Source: an uncultured Chloroflexia bacterium (GTDB lineage Bacteria > Chloroflexota > Limnocylindria > Limnocylindrales > CSP1-4). Taken from it: a DNA stretch of 64,000 nt. The notes under the pieces are model-generated. The model was not told where the DNA came from. It saw only the letters and a list, made by a program, of their open reading frames with translations, and searched no databases. The position numbers were made by a program, and so were the translations under genes. Location of the stretch: positions 352,001 through 416,000 of the forward strand of contig CAVPPB010000003.1 in NCBI GenBank assembly GCA_963707215.1, given 5' to 3'. Below, one piece after another: positions 50,552 through 61,248 of the stretch (position 1 is the first letter of the stretch; every line of letters begins with the position of its first letter).

Positions 50552-51640
50552 TCAGGGTCGTGCGATCGCAGTCTCGCGGTGCTCCACCTTCTCGTAGCCG
50601 CCCCACAGGGGCTCGTAGAAGTACCGGATCCCGTACTCGATCCGGAGCGTCCGGGTCCGCTTGTCCGACGGGTTGAAGTGCTCGTGCCGGGTCATCCTCG
50701 GCGGCACGTGGACCGCGTCGCCGGCCTCCCAGTCGTAGTGCTCGTAGTCCACCTCGGAGAACCCGACGCCCTCGAGGACGTAGAGCACGGCTTCGGTGTG
50801 GGAATGGCAGTGGCTGGAGGTGTGGGGGACCTCCTCGAAGATGTTCGTCATCGCGACCGACACCGCCTGGAACCCGTTGCGCTCGTCGCTGGGGCTCTCG
50901 CCGCCACCCATGAGGATGAGGATCGCGCCGTGTCGATGCGGGTTCTCGTTCCGATGGCGCTTGCCCTTGCCATCCCCGTGCCCGTGCCCGTGCCCGTGGG
51001 ACTCGACCGTCTCGCCGGCGGCGGCTGCCGCCTTCTTCAGCTCGTCTCGCCGCTTCTGCTCGTCGGGCGCGTCCTCGATGTGGAGGGCGATCCGGCGCCC
51101 CAGCGCGTCGAACTGGCCATCCTCGGCTGGCAGCTTCGTCTCGAACCCCGACTGGTTCGGCCCCTTGTCCTCGAGCTGCTCGAGGCGACCAAGGCGGACG
51201 AAGAGGTCGAGATCCATCGCCGTCGCCGTGACGTACTCGACATCGGCGTCGCCGGTGTTGAAGAGCTGGTGGGTCGACATGTAGGGGATGTGGATCGTCG
51301 TCCCGGTGTGGAAGTCGTAGCGCCGGTCGTCGACGACGAGGATCCCCTCGCCCGAGACGATGTGGATCGCTTCCTCGCCGTGACGGTGCTTTCCGGTGTG
51401 GTGCCCCGACGGGATGATCGCCTTGCAGAGGTTGGAGCCCTGGGTCGGGAAGCCGACCTGCGGGCCGATCAACATCGCGAGCTTGTAGTCCTGGGGCGTC
51501 TCGATCCAGGCCGCATCGCGCCCGCGGGCGAGGATGGGGGCCCGCCCCGTCTCGTACTCGTTGGCCTCGCTCTTCGCCAGCCACTGCGAGTAGAAGTCCG
51601 CAGGCTCGTACCGGGTCACGGCGCGCCACTGCTCGGTCAT
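50552..51640 (-). CDS. Bicupin protein with His-rich linker
   Basis: HRHGEEAIHIVSGEG...HQLFN and HSHTEAVLYVLEGVG...HEHFN; HGHGHGHG linker. Confidence 0.8.
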   Translation of the reverse strand: MTEQWRAVTRYEPADFYSQWLAKSEANEYETGRAPILARGRDAAWIETPQDYKLAMLIGPQVGFPTQGSNLCKAIIPSGHHTGKHRHGEEAIHIVSGEGILVVDDRRYDFHTGTTIHIPYMSTHQLFNTGDADVEYVTATAMDLDLFVRLGRLEQLEDKGPNQSGFETKLPAEDGQFDALGRRIALHIEDAPDEQKRRDELKKAAAAAGETVESHGHGHGHGDGKGKRHRNENPHRHGAILILMGGGESPSDERNGFQAVSVAMTNIFEEVPHTSSHCHSHTEAVLYVLEGVGFSEVDYEHYDWEAGDAVHVPPRMTRHEHFNPSDKRTRTLRIEYGIRYFYEPLWGGYEKVEHRETAIARP

Positions 51641-51787
51641 CGATCCCTCCGAGGTCTCGCGGGCCGGTCCCGACCGCCGACGCCGCAGAACGATGTGTAC
51701 ACCGCAGTATGGCGTCGTGGACACCCAGGTCGCAAGACCGCACGGCCGCGGCCAACGACTGGTCCGGGCAGACCCGGGGACGCGGTG

Positions 51788-52660
51788 CTAGGGAGCGACG
51801 CGCAGGAGCAGGCGAGCGACAGCGTTCGGCTCTTCACCGCGGTCGATCGCCTCGACCTCCAGCCAGGCCCGGCCGAACGGGAGGTCGGGGGGGATCGACA
51901 GCTCAGCGCTGATCGACCGCCAACCGTCCTCGGCGGGCCGGGTCGACACGATCCGCTCCTCCCCCACCCGCCCGTCCTCGGACGCAAGGCGGACGAGCGC
52001 GCGGGTCGCCCCGCCGCGCACCAGGGCGCTCACCTCGACGGTCTCCCCCTCGCGCCACCCCTCGAGCCGATCCGGTGATCGGAAGACGATGGGGCCGCGC
52101 GTCCGGATGACGTAGGGGACGGTCGCGAGGACCGCACCGGCCGGCTCACGGAGCTCGAGCACGACCCGTCCGCCCCCGACCGGGGGCAGGAACGGCAGAT
52201 CGGCCCGGAACCGGCCGTCCGACGCAGGGACGGCCGTCGCGGTCCCGAGCACCATCCACGGATCCTCGTCGCGAAGCTCGGCGACGACCTTGCCCGAGGG
52301 ATCGGTCACGCGCCCGAAGACCTGCAGCGTAGCCAGGACCTGCGAGGCCTCGTACGATCCGATGGCCGGCGGCAGGTCGATGCCCAGCAGGGCGACCACG
52401 CTGACCGGCGGCTCCTCGATGGCAGGCACGACGAACGGGACCGACGAGGCCGGCGCCGCGGAGGGCGACGGCGCAGCGGATGTCTCGGGCGGGCTGGTGA
52501 GACGTCCGCCGATGCCGGCAAGAGCGACACCGACCCCGAGCACGAGGACGATGGCAGGCAGCACGGCCGAGCCCTTGAGTCGGGTCGGTGGGACCAGCGC
52601 TTCGCGGCTGCCAGGTTCGGCCCATCGGCCCGGATCCCCGCCCGGATCGGCATCGATCAT
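51788..52660 (-). CDS. Membrane-anchored protein with Ig-like (Gmad2-like) domains
   Basis: TM helix, Pro-rich linker, two beta-rich repeats. Confidence 0.55.
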   Translation of the reverse strand: MIDADPGGDPGRWAEPGSREALVPPTRLKGSAVLPAIVLVLGVGVALAGIGGRLTSPPETSAAPSPSAAPASSVPFVVPAIEEPPVSVVALLGIDLPPAIGSYEASQVLATLQVFGRVTDPSGKVVAELRDEDPWMVLGTATAVPASDGRFRADLPFLPPVGGGRVVLELREPAGAVLATVPYVIRTRGPIVFRSPDRLEGWREGETVEVSALVRGGATRALVRLASEDGRVGEERIVSTRPAEDGWRSISAELSIPPDLPFGRAWLEVEAIDRGEEPNAVARLLLRVAP

Positions 52661-52746
52661 CGTCCGATCCTACCCCGCGGTCGTTCCGGGCGCCGGCGGG
52701 GCCGCGACCGGGCGACCATGGAGCCGGGCGCCGCAGCCCCCGACGC

Positions 52747-54276
52747 CTACCCGGGCTGGTTGTCGATCTGGGCCTTCTGGAGCGACCCGCTGAAGTCCAC
52801 GTAGACCGCCTTCCACTCGGTGTACGTGTCCAGCGCCGCATGGCCGGCCTCGCGGTGACCGTTGCCGGTCTCCTTCCAGCCACCGAAGGGGAGGTGCGTC
52901 TCGGCCCCCGTCGTCCCGGCGTTCACGTAGACGATGCCGGTCTCGAAGTCGCGCATCGCCCGGAAGGCCGTGTTGACGTCGCGGGTGTAGATGGAGCTCG
53001 AGAGACCGTAGCGGACCTGGTTCAGCGCCGTCACGGCAGCCGGGTAGTCGGCCACCGGGATGATGGACAGCACCGGCCCGAAGATCTCCTCCTGGGCGAT
53101 CCGGTCCATCGGCCGGACGCCGCTGAAGATCGTCGGCTCGAAGAAGTGGCCGTGCTCCAGGCCCGGCCCGGTCGCCGGCGATCCGCCTCGGACCAGCTCG
53201 CCCTCGCGCCGGCCGACCTCCACGTAGCCGGTGACCTTCTCCACCGCCGCGGCGTTGACCAGCGGGCCGACGTCGGTCCCCTCCTCCAGGCCGTCGCCCA
53301 GCCGGAGCCCTCGGGCGCCGCTCTCGAGGCGCTCCAGCAGCGGCTCCAGCACGGCCTCCTCGACGATGACCCGGCTGCAGGCCGTGCAGCGCTGACCGGT
53401 CGTCCCGAAGGCCGACCACAGGATCCCCTCGGTCGCCAGGTCGAGGTCGGCGTCACGGAGGACCACGATGCCGTTCTTGCCGCCGAGCTCCAGGCTCAGC
53501 CGCTTGAGGCGCCGGCCGGCCCGCTCGGCGATCCGCTTGCCGGTCGCGCTGGCCCCGGTGAACGAGATGACCGGCACGTCGGGACTGTCGACGAGCGCCT
53601 CGCCGACCTCGGCGCCGCCGCCGGTCACGAGGTTGACGGTCCCGGCCGGGAAGCCCGCCTCGGCCATGAGCTCGACGAGGAGCGTCGCGCAGTGCGGCGC
53701 GTCCGACGCCGGCTTGAGGACGACGGTGTTGCCGGTGACCAGGGCCGGCATCATCTTCCAGCAGGGGATGGCCATCGGGAAGTTCCAGGGGGTCACGATC
53801 CCGGCCACGCCGATCGGCTGGCGGACGCTCATGGCCCACTTGTCGGGCAGCTCCGAGGGCACCGTGTCGCCGAACATCCGGCGCCCCTCGCCGGCCATGA
53901 GGAAGGCGATGTCGATGCCTTCCTGGACGTCCCCCAGGGCCTCGGCGAGGACCTTGCCCATCTCGCGGGTCATCGCCCGGGCCAGGCGCTCCTTGTGCTC
54001 GGCCATGAGCGCGCCGAAGCGGTAGAGGATCTCGCCCCGCTTGGGAGCCGGGGTGGCCCGCCACGCCGGCAGGGCCTGCTCCGCGGCCCGGACCGCCATC
54101 GCCGCGTCGGCGGCGGTGCCGGCCTGGAACCGTCCGACCAGGTCCCGGGTGTCGGCGGGGTTGCGGCTCTCGAAGGTCCGCCCCGACGAGGCGTCGACCC
54201 ACTCGCCGGCGATGAACAGTCGGAAGGTCGGGGCGCCGGCACCCGCATCGGGGCCGGAGGCGGCGGTCTCGGTCAT
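52747..54276 (-). CDS. Aldehyde dehydrogenase
   Basis: TPWNFP, FTGAS, LELGGKN, GQRCTA (catalytic Cys), EEIFGPV, PFGGWK. Confidence 0.95.
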   Translation of the reverse strand: MTETAASGPDAGAGAPTFRLFIAGEWVDASSGRTFESRNPADTRDLVGRFQAGTAADAAMAVRAAEQALPAWRATPAPKRGEILYRFGALMAEHKERLARAMTREMGKVLAEALGDVQEGIDIAFLMAGEGRRMFGDTVPSELPDKWAMSVRQPIGVAGIVTPWNFPMAIPCWKMMPALVTGNTVVLKPASDAPHCATLLVELMAEAGFPAGTVNLVTGGGAEVGEALVDSPDVPVISFTGASATGKRIAERAGRRLKRLSLELGGKNGIVVLRDADLDLATEGILWSAFGTTGQRCTACSRVIVEEAVLEPLLERLESGARGLRLGDGLEEGTDVGPLVNAAAVEKVTGYVEVGRREGELVRGGSPATGPGLEHGHFFEPTIFSGVRPMDRIAQEEIFGPVLSIIPVADYPAAVTALNQVRYGLSSSIYTRDVNTAFRAMRDFETGIVYVNAGTTGAETHLPFGGWKETGNGHREAGHAALDTYTEWKAVYVDFSGSLQKAQIDNQPG

Positions 54277-54454
54277 GGCGGCGAGTGTACGGCGCCAGGT
54301 GACGCGGCGGCGCTGCAACGGTCGCGATCGAGGAGCGTCATGTCTGCGGGTCGCTCGGTACGGGCCGGACGTCGACCAGCGAGCCCGGAGCGACCAGCCG
54401 GAGGTCCGAAGGCCGATGGACGGCGAGCGCCGTCGGAGCCGCCCTGCGAGAGGC

Positions 54455-55795
54455 ATGGGAACGGCCGGCCGAGTCCGGCTCGATCCGCCGATCGACTTCC
54501 AGCGGCTCCGGGCGAGCGGTCCGGCCGTGCTGCTTCGACGGGCGGCCTTCCGGGCCATCGTGGGCCGCGGCTGGCCCCCCACCCTCCAGCCGGTCACGGA
54601 GGGCGAGCGCCTGCCGAGGCTCGCCGCGAGCGACCTCTACGTCCATCTCCCGTTCTGCGCGACGCGCTGCCCGCACTGCCCCTACACCACGACGTTCGAC
54701 AGCCCCGAGCTACGGGCCGTCTACGCGGCGGCCCTGGTCCGCGAGCTCGACGCCTACTTCGCCGGAGGGGATGCCCCGCCGGTCGATTCGCTGTACTTCG
54801 GCGGCGGCACGCCGTCCCGGACGCCCGAGCTGGTCGAGCTGGTCATCGAGCTGGTCCACCCCTGGCTGTCCGCCGGGACCGAGATCGGGGTCGAGTGCCA
54901 CCCGTCCGACGCCACGGCGGCGAACCTGGCCCTCCTGCGCGCGAGCGGCGTGACCCGGATCAGCCTTGGCATCGAGACGCTCCGCCCGGACCTCCTCCGA
55001 CTGCTCGGCCGGCCCTACACGCCGCTCCAGGCGCTCGCCGGGATCCGGAGGGCTCGGGCGGCCGGCTTCGACTGCGTCGACGTGAACCTGATCTTCGCGA
55101 TCCCGGGCCAGTCCGCGAAGGACGCCGTCGCGGATGTCGAGCGATGCCTGGAGCTCGGCGTGGACCAGGTCTCGGCCTACCCGCTCTTCACCTTCCCGCA
55201 CACGCCACTCGGCCGACGTATCGCCGACGGCACCATCCGGCCCGTGGGCGACCGGACCCGCCTGGCGTCGCAGCGCGGCATCGCCCGGGCCTGTCGACGG
55301 CACGGCCTGGTCCGATCCTCGGTCTGGTCGTTCACCCGACCGGGCGTCGCCCCCTACTCGACCGTCACCCACGACAGCTACGTCGGGTTCGGGGTGGGGG
55401 CCGGCAGCAAGGTCGACGGCGAGCTGCGCTTCAACAGCTTCTCGTTCGAGGCCTACGTTGCCGCCGACCCGCCCCGCCCGGCCCTCCGGCTGGCCCTCGG
55501 CGAGCGCTTCGAACGGGCCCACTGGATCTACTGGCAGGCGTACCGGACGCGCCTGGACCCGACGGCCTATTCGCGCCGCTTCGGCCGCGACCTGGGAGCC
55601 GACGCGGGTCGCTGGCTCGCCGTGCTCCAGCTCCTGCGCCTCGCCCGGCGCTGCCCGGACGGCTGCTGGGCCCTCACCGAGCGGGGCTCGATCTGGGTCC
55701 ATCGGCTCCAGGCGCTCTTCTCGCTCGCCTACATCGACCAGCTCTGGGGCCTCGCCCGCGGCGAGCCCTGGCCGGGCCCGGTCGCGCTCCGATGA
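54455..55795 (+). CDS. HemN-like (class C) radical SAM protein
   Basis: LYVHLPFCATRCPHC, LYFGGGTPS, RISLGIET, NLIFAIPGQ, YVGFGVGA; start uncertain. Confidence 0.85.
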   Translation: MGTAGRVRLDPPIDFQRLRASGPAVLLRRAAFRAIVGRGWPPTLQPVTEGERLPRLAASDLYVHLPFCATRCPHCPYTTTFDSPELRAVYAAALVRELDAYFAGGDAPPVDSLYFGGGTPSRTPELVELVIELVHPWLSAGTEIGVECHPSDATAANLALLRASGVTRISLGIETLRPDLLRLLGRPYTPLQALAGIRRARAAGFDCVDVNLIFAIPGQSAKDAVADVERCLELGVDQVSAYPLFTFPHTPLGRRIADGTIRPVGDRTRLASQRGIARACRRHGLVRSSVWSFTRPGVAPYSTVTHDSYVGFGVGAGSKVDGELRFNSFSFEAYVAADPPRPALRLALGERFERAHWIYWQAYRTRLDPTAYSRRFGRDLGADAGRWLAVLQLLRLARRCPDGCWALTERGSIWVHRLQALFSLAYIDQLWGLARGEPWPGPVALR

Positions 55796-56667
55796 CACCG
55801 ACCCTGCCGACCCTGATGGACGCCGTCCACCTGGCCCGGTTCGCCCTCCTGCGGCAGGAGGTGCCCATGGCCGCCGCGCTGGTGGTCACCGACCGCTGCC
55901 AGCTCGCCTGCCGGCACTGCCGGGTCGCCAACGTCGTCGGTCGCGACATGACCCTGCTCGAGGTCGAGGCGGCGCTGGGACGGCATCGCGCCATGGGGAT
56001 CCGGGCCCTGGCGCTCGAGGGCGGCGAGCCGTTCCTCTGGCATGACGGCCCGGCCGGCCTGGACGACGTGGTGCGGCTGGCCCGCCGGATGGGGTTCTGG
56101 CGCGTCCACGTGTTCACCAACGGCCTGCTGCCGATCCGCAGCAGCGCCGATCGGGTCTGGGTGTCGATCGACGGCCTGCGCCGGACCTACGCCGGACTCC
56201 GCGGCGACCACTTCGACCGGGTCGTCGCCAACGTCCGGGATGCCCGGGCGCGCCGGCTGGGGATCGTCTTCACGGTGAACCGCCTCAACCGGACAGACCT
56301 GGGGCCGGTCCTCGAGCTGGCCCGGAGCCTCCCCGTCGACGGGGTCATGGCGTTCCTCCACACGCCGTACTACGGCCATGACGAGCTGGCCCTCTCGGCC
56401 ACCGAGCGGTCGGCGGTCATCGACGAGCTCCTGGAGCTGCGACGGACCGGCCTCCCGGTCCTCAACACCCCGAGCGCGCTCGCGCTGCTCCGGTCGGGCG
56501 ACTGGCCTCGGCCGAACCGGATCTGGTGGGTCACCGACGCGGCCGGCGATCACCCCTGCTGTCGGGCGGCCTCGCCGGAGGTCTGCGAGGAGTGCGGCTA
56601 TGCCGGGTGCGTGGAGCTGATCGCGGCCCAGCGCCTGCGGCCGTCGGCGATCAGGGCCCTGCTCTGA
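55792..56667 (+). CDS. Radical SAM protein with C-terminal Cys cluster (DUF3463-like)
   Basis: TDRCQLACRHC, EGGEPF, FTNG, VSIDG, CC...CEECGYAGC; ATGA overlap with the upstream gene. Confidence 0.85.
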   Translation: MTPTLPTLMDAVHLARFALLRQEVPMAAALVVTDRCQLACRHCRVANVVGRDMTLLEVEAALGRHRAMGIRALALEGGEPFLWHDGPAGLDDVVRLARRMGFWRVHVFTNGLLPIRSSADRVWVSIDGLRRTYAGLRGDHFDRVVANVRDARARRLGIVFTVNRLNRTDLGPVLELARSLPVDGVMAFLHTPYYGHDELALSATERSAVIDELLELRRTGLPVLNTPSALALLRSGDWPRPNRIWWVTDAAGDHPCCRAASPEVCEECGYAGCVELIAAQRLRPSAIRALL

Positions 56668-56699
56668 CGGGCACCCGGTCTCGGTCCGGGGCCGAGCGG

Positions 56700-56870
56700 T
56701 CAGTCGTGCGGCAACCGCTCCAGGAGCGCGCGGACCTCGTGGAGCTCCTCGGCCTCCTCGTGGCCGAGGGTCGACAGCAGCAGGCGGAGCGCGGCCCGGA
56801 TGAGGTCGAGCTCGTCACGGTCCAGCTCGATGGTCACGGTCTCGGCAGGGGGCGCGATCATCTCGTTCAT
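56700..56870 (-). CDS. 56-aa helical protein (not in the ORF track)
   Basis: MNEMIAPPAETVTIELDRDELDLIRAALRLLLSTLGHEEAEELHEVRALLERLPHD*; host-like codon usage. Confidence 0.6.
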   Translation of the reverse strand: MNEMIAPPAETVTIELDRDELDLIRAALRLLLSTLGHEEAEELHEVRALLERLPHD

Positions 56871-57061
56871 CACGGTCCTCGCACTGTGGTGCCCGGGCGG
56901 CGGCCACGCCGATGCGTCGCTGGCCCGAGTCTGCGGCCCGTCGCCGGCCTGGGCCAGAGCCCTTCGGACCGGCCGATGCGGACGGCAGGCCCGTCGCTCG
57001 ACCCGCGGTTTCGGGCCGTCCCGCCCGTGGCCCGGTCGCCGTGGGGCCGCACCATCGGGTC

Positions 57062-58255
57062 ATGGAGGCGGCGACGGCGATCCGCAGACACCTCGGGACC
57101 CTCGTCGGGGGGATCGGCCCGAGGCCGCCCGGTTCGCCCGCGAACCGGCGAGCCACCGACCACCTGATCCGCTGTCTCGAGGAAGCCGATCTCGAGGTGA
57201 GCGCGCTCGAGTTCACGGCGACCTGGTGGGAGCCCGGGCCGGTCCGCCTGGAGGTCCACGACGAGATCCTGTCGCTCGACCCGACACCATTCGCTCGACC
57301 CTGCGACGTCCGTGGCCCCGTCCTTCGCCGATCGACCCGAGCGAGCCTCGCCGGCGACGAGGCCCTGGCCGGATCGGTCCTGGTCCTCGATGGCGACCTC
57401 ACGACCGAGCCGCTCTTCCCGAAGTCGTTCCCCTTCCTGGACCTGCCCGACCAGCGCGCCTTCATCGACGACCTCGAGCGCCTCCGCCCGGCCGCCGTCA
57501 TCGCGGTCGTCGATAGAGCGAGCCCCTACGCGTTCTTCGAGGACCCCGACCTCGCCTTCCCGTACGCGGTCGTCGGGCCGTCGGTCGGACGCCAGCTGGG
57601 CGACGGGACGGTCATCAGGCTGCGGGTCGCGGGGGCGCTGAACCAGGGACCTGGCGTGAACGTCTCGGCTCGGACCCCGGCGGACGGCAGCGACGGCCGG
57701 TCGGTCCTGAGCGCCCACGTGGACAGCAAGGTGACGACGCCGGGGGCGTTCGACAACGCCGGGGGCGTGGCCACGCTGCTCTCCCTCGCCGAGTCCCGCC
57801 GTCTCAACGACCGCCCGGTCGAATTCGTCTTCTTCAACGGCGAGGACCACTACGCTGCGCCGGGCGAGCAGGCGTGGCTGGCGGCGTCGGACCTGGCCTC
57901 GATCCGCCAGGTGCTCAACATCGACGGTGCTGGCGTAGCGGGGCGCGGCACCGCGGTCTCGCCGATGGCGTGTCCGCCCGACGTCGAGGACCGGCTGGCC
58001 GCCGCGGTCGCCGGACGGCCCGGCTGGTCGGTCGCGGGACCCTGGTACGAGAGCGACCACGCGATCTTCGCCATGCAGGGGATCCCGAGCCTGGCCATCA
58101 CCTCCGAGGGCGTCCACGAGCTGCTCGTCGACCTCGCCCACACGGAGCGAGACACCCTCGAGGTCGTCGATGCCGGGATCCTCGTCGAGGTGGCCGGCTT
58201 CGTCGCCGACTGGGTGGAGACCAACCCAGGACCCGTGGCGGGCCGTCGAGGCTGA
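57062..58255 (+). CDS. M28 family peptidase
   Basis: RPPGSPAN, SAHVDS, GAFDNAGG, FNGEDH, LNIDG, SDH, AHTERD. Confidence 0.88.
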   Translation: MEAATAIRRHLGTLVGGIGPRPPGSPANRRATDHLIRCLEEADLEVSALEFTATWWEPGPVRLEVHDEILSLDPTPFARPCDVRGPVLRRSTRASLAGDEALAGSVLVLDGDLTTEPLFPKSFPFLDLPDQRAFIDDLERLRPAAVIAVVDRASPYAFFEDPDLAFPYAVVGPSVGRQLGDGTVIRLRVAGALNQGPGVNVSARTPADGSDGRSVLSAHVDSKVTTPGAFDNAGGVATLLSLAESRRLNDRPVEFVFFNGEDHYAAPGEQAWLAASDLASIRQVLNIDGAGVAGRGTAVSPMACPPDVEDRLAAAVAGRPGWSVAGPWYESDHAIFAMQGIPSLAITSEGVHELLVDLAHTERDTLEVVDAGILVEVAGFVADWVETNPGPVAGRRG

Positions 58256-58293
58256 CCTCGGTCGGGCCCGTCGGCTGTCCCGAGGCCCGCCGG

Positions 58294-59522
58294 TCAGACC
58301 CGTTCGAAGGCCATCGCCACCGACCCGCCGCCGCCCAGGCAGAGCGTGGCGAGGCCGTAGCGGCCATCGCGCCGGCGAAGCTCGTGGAGGAGCGTCGCGA
58401 CGATCCGGGCGCCGGACGCCCCGATCGGGTGGCCCAGGGCGATCGCCCCGCCGTTGACGTTGACCCGGTCCCAGTCGAAGCCGAGGGCACGGCCATCGGC
58501 GAGGGTCTGGGCGGCGAACGCCTCGTTGATCTCGATGAGGTCGAAGTCGCCGATGCCCATCCCGTCTTGTCGAGCAGCCGACCGACACCCTCGATCGGGG
58601 CAAGGAAGAGCCACTTCGGGGTGACCTCGGCCTGGGCGTAGCCGACGATCCGGGCCAGCGGGACCAGGCCGTACCGCTCGACCGCCGCAGCGCCGGCGAC
58701 CACCGTGGCGGCGGCCCCGTCGGTGATGCCGGGGGCATTGCCGGCGGTGACCGTCCCGGTCTCCGCGCCGCCCCGGTCCTCGCCCTCGGGCAGATCGAAG
58801 ACCGACCGGAGCCGGGCCAGCGCCTCCAGCGAGCTGTCGCGACGAGGGTTCTCGTCGACGCCCACGACCGTCTCGCGGCCCTTGGCGTCGCGGATCGTGA
58901 CCGGGACGAGCTCGTCGTCGAAGCGACCGGCGTCGATGGCGGCGATCGCCCGCTCGTGGGAACGCAGGGCGAAGGCGTCCTGGTCCTCTCGGCTGACCTG
59001 CTCGCGGATGGCGACCCGCTCGGCGTGGGTGCCCATGTGGCAGCCCTCGATCGCGCACCAGAGGCCGTCGTGGACGGTCGAGTCGACCAGCGTCCCGTCG
59101 CCAAGGCGATAGCCGATCCGGGCCCCGGGCAGCAGGTACGGGGCGAGGTTCATCGATTCCATGCCGCCGGCGACCACCACTTCGGCATCGCCGGCCCGGA
59201 TCTCGGCCGCGGCCAGCATGATCGCCTTGAGGCCGGAGCCGCAGACGCGGTTGATGGTCGTGGCTGGGGTCGTGTCGGGGAGGCCGGCGGCGAGGGCCGC
59301 CTGGCGGGCCGGTGCCTGGCCGACCCCGGCCTGGAGGACCTGGCCCATCAGGACGTCGTCGACCTGGGCGTCGGCGGGCAGCCCGGAGCGCTCCATGGCG
59401 GCCCGGATGGCCACCCCGCCGAGCTCGGTCGCCGGGACCGTCGAGAGGGCTCCGCCGAAGCGGCCGATCGGCGTGCGGGCCGCCGAGACGATGTAGACGT
59501 CGGTACCTCGATCGCTGCTCAT
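58294..59522 (-). CDS. Acetyl-CoA C-acetyltransferase (thiolase); one frameshift near 58560
   Basis: [31 protein letters not shown]; then in another frame [27 protein letters not shown]. Confidence 0.9.
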
Positions 59523-59531
59523 GCCTCGAGT

Positions 59532-60728
59532 CTACGCTCGCCCGAGGACCTCGCCGGCGACGATCTCGCGGTGGACCTGGTTGGTGCCCTCGTAGATCTG
59601 GGCGCCCTTGGCGTCGCGCATGAGCCGCTCGATGCCGGTCTCCCGCGAGTAGCCGCTGCCACCGAAGAGCTGGACCGCGTCGGTCGCGACCCGCATCGCC
59701 GCGTCCGAGGCGGTCCACTTGGCCAGCGACGAGACCTCGGCCAGCGGCTCGCCGCGATCCTTGGCCGCGGCCGCCTCGCGGGTCAGGGCCCGGGCGGCAG
59801 CCACATCGCGAGCCATCTCGGCGAGCATGAAGCGAAGTCCCTGGAGCTCGGCCAGCGGCGCCCCGAACGCCTCGCGCTGCTTCAGGTAGGCGGCCGCCTG
59901 CTCGAGGGCCGACCGGGCCAGCCCGGTGCAGGCGGCGGCGATCGAGATCCGCCCCTCGCCCAGCGCCGAGAGAGCGATCCGGTAGCCCTCCCCTTCTCCG
60001 CCGAGCCGGTTCGCGACCGGCACGACCGCACCCCCGAAGACGAGCTCGGCGGCCGGACAGGACCGGATCCCCATCTTCTTCTCGTGGGCGCCGAAGTCAA
60101 AGCCCGGCGTCCCCCTCTCGACGAGGAAGGCCGTGATCCCCTTCGCTCCCCGGGCCGGGTCGAGCGTCGCGAAGACGAGGTAGCGCTCGGCCTCGGGGGC
60201 GTTCGAGATCCAGATCTTGGTCCCCTCGAGGCGATAGGCGGCGACCTCGTCGACGGAGGCATCCGTCGGGGCCTCCGAGCCATCGGCCCTCAGGCGGGTC
60301 GCCCGGGTCCGGATCGCGGCGGCGTCGGAGCCGGCATGGGGCTCGGTCAGGGCGAACGCCCCGAGCGCCTCGCCGGTCTGCAGGGCCGGCAGCCAGCGCG
60401 CCTGCTGCTCCTCGGTGCCCCAGGTGACGACCGGGAACTGCGACAGGACGTGGACCGACAGGGTGATCGCCGTCGCCATGTCGGCCGCGGCGATCTCCTC
60501 CATGACGAGGGTCCAGCCGAGGTAGCTGACGCCGGCCCCACCGACGGCCTCGGCGAACGGCGCGCCGGTCAGGCCGAGCTCGGCCATCCGCTCGAAGATG
60601 GACCGGTCGAAGCGCTCCGTCTCGTCGCGCTCGGCCGCGCTCGGGGCGACCACCTCGCGGGCGAACTCGCGGACGGTCTGCTGGAGGAGGCGCTCGTCCT
60701 CGTTCGGCGCCCAGCGCGGCTCGGTCAT
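59532..60728 (-). CDS. Acyl-CoA dehydrogenase
   Basis: [52 protein letters not shown]. Confidence 0.95.
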   Translation of the reverse strand: MTEPRWAPNEDERLLQQTVREFAREVVAPSAAERDETERFDRSIFERMAELGLTGAPFAEAVGGAGVSYLGWTLVMEEIAAADMATAITLSVHVLSQFPVVTWGTEEQQARWLPALQTGEALGAFALTEPHAGSDAAAIRTRATRLRADGSEAPTDASVDEVAAYRLEGTKIWISNAPEAERYLVFATLDPARGAKGITAFLVERGTPGFDFGAHEKKMGIRSCPAAELVFGGAVVPVANRLGGEGEGYRIALSALGEGRISIAAACTGLARSALEQAAAYLKQREAFGAPLAELQGLRFMLAEMARDVAAARALTREAAAAKDRGEPLAEVSSLAKWTASDAAMRVATDAVQLFGGSGYSRETGIERLMRDAKGAQIYEGTNQVHREIVAGEVLGRA

Positions 60729-60755
60729 GGAGGCAGGATACGCGGCACGCGGGAC

Positions 60756-61112
60756 CTAGCGGGTGACGTCCACCACGCAGAAGCGGTTGCCTTCCGGGTC
60801 GGCCATGATGACGTAGTCGGCGTCGGCCGGCCGCTTGTCCCAGTGCACCTCGGTGGCGCCCAACTCCGTCAGCCGCTCGACCTCGCCGGCCTGGTCCTCG
60901 GTGTAGAGGTCGAGGTGGATCCGCGGCGGCACCTGGACCGTCGAGCGGACCCGGTCGAGCGACACGTTGGGCCCGATGCCATCCCGGGGGCGCATCAGAA
61001 CGAAGTCGTCGGCGTCCCCCATGCGAGGCTCGTAGTCGAGGGCCGCCGACCAGAACGCGACCTGGCGCTCCAGGTCGTCCACCCGGATCACGATCGAGCC
61101 GACACGGAGCAT
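60756..61112 (-). CDS. VOC/glyoxalase family protein
   Basis: FWSAALDY, RIHLDL, ADPEGNRFCV. Confidence 0.85.
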   Translation of the reverse strand: MLRVGSIVIRVDDLERQVAFWSAALDYEPRMGDADDFVLMRPRDGIGPNVSLDRVRSTVQVPPRIHLDLYTEDQAGEVERLTELGATEVHWDKRPADADYVIMADPEGNRFCVVDVTR

Positions 61113-61248
61113 GGGGGTCATGCTACATGCGAGCCCGTCGCGGGCGACGGGACCGGCGCGTCGTCGGCGGCCCGGGCGGGCACCATCCTGGGACCATGTG
61201 GCGGGCCCGGTCCGGCCCGGCAGACACTCCACCGCGAGGTGAACGACC

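Noticed and set aside
52588-56667. 1359-aa ORF and other long ORFs antisense to real genes (e.g. 34-1359, 1311-3311, 6742-9093, 58956-61916)
   Set aside because: High-GC shadow frames; only the 55792-56667 portion of the 1359-aa ORF is a real gene.
56935-56954. GGCCCGTCGCCGGCCTGGGC resembling the array core
   Set aside because: Needs several gaps to align; expected by chance at this GC content.
54455-58255. Radical SAM pair + small ORF + peptidase as a RiPP cluster
   Set aside because: The small ORF is on the opposite strand and looks like a helical protein; no RRE/PqqD domain or transporter is seen.
58540-58580. Programmed frameshift in the thiolase (and in meaB near 63755)
   Set aside because: No slippery sequence; the same indel pattern appears in carAB, so sequencing error is more likely.
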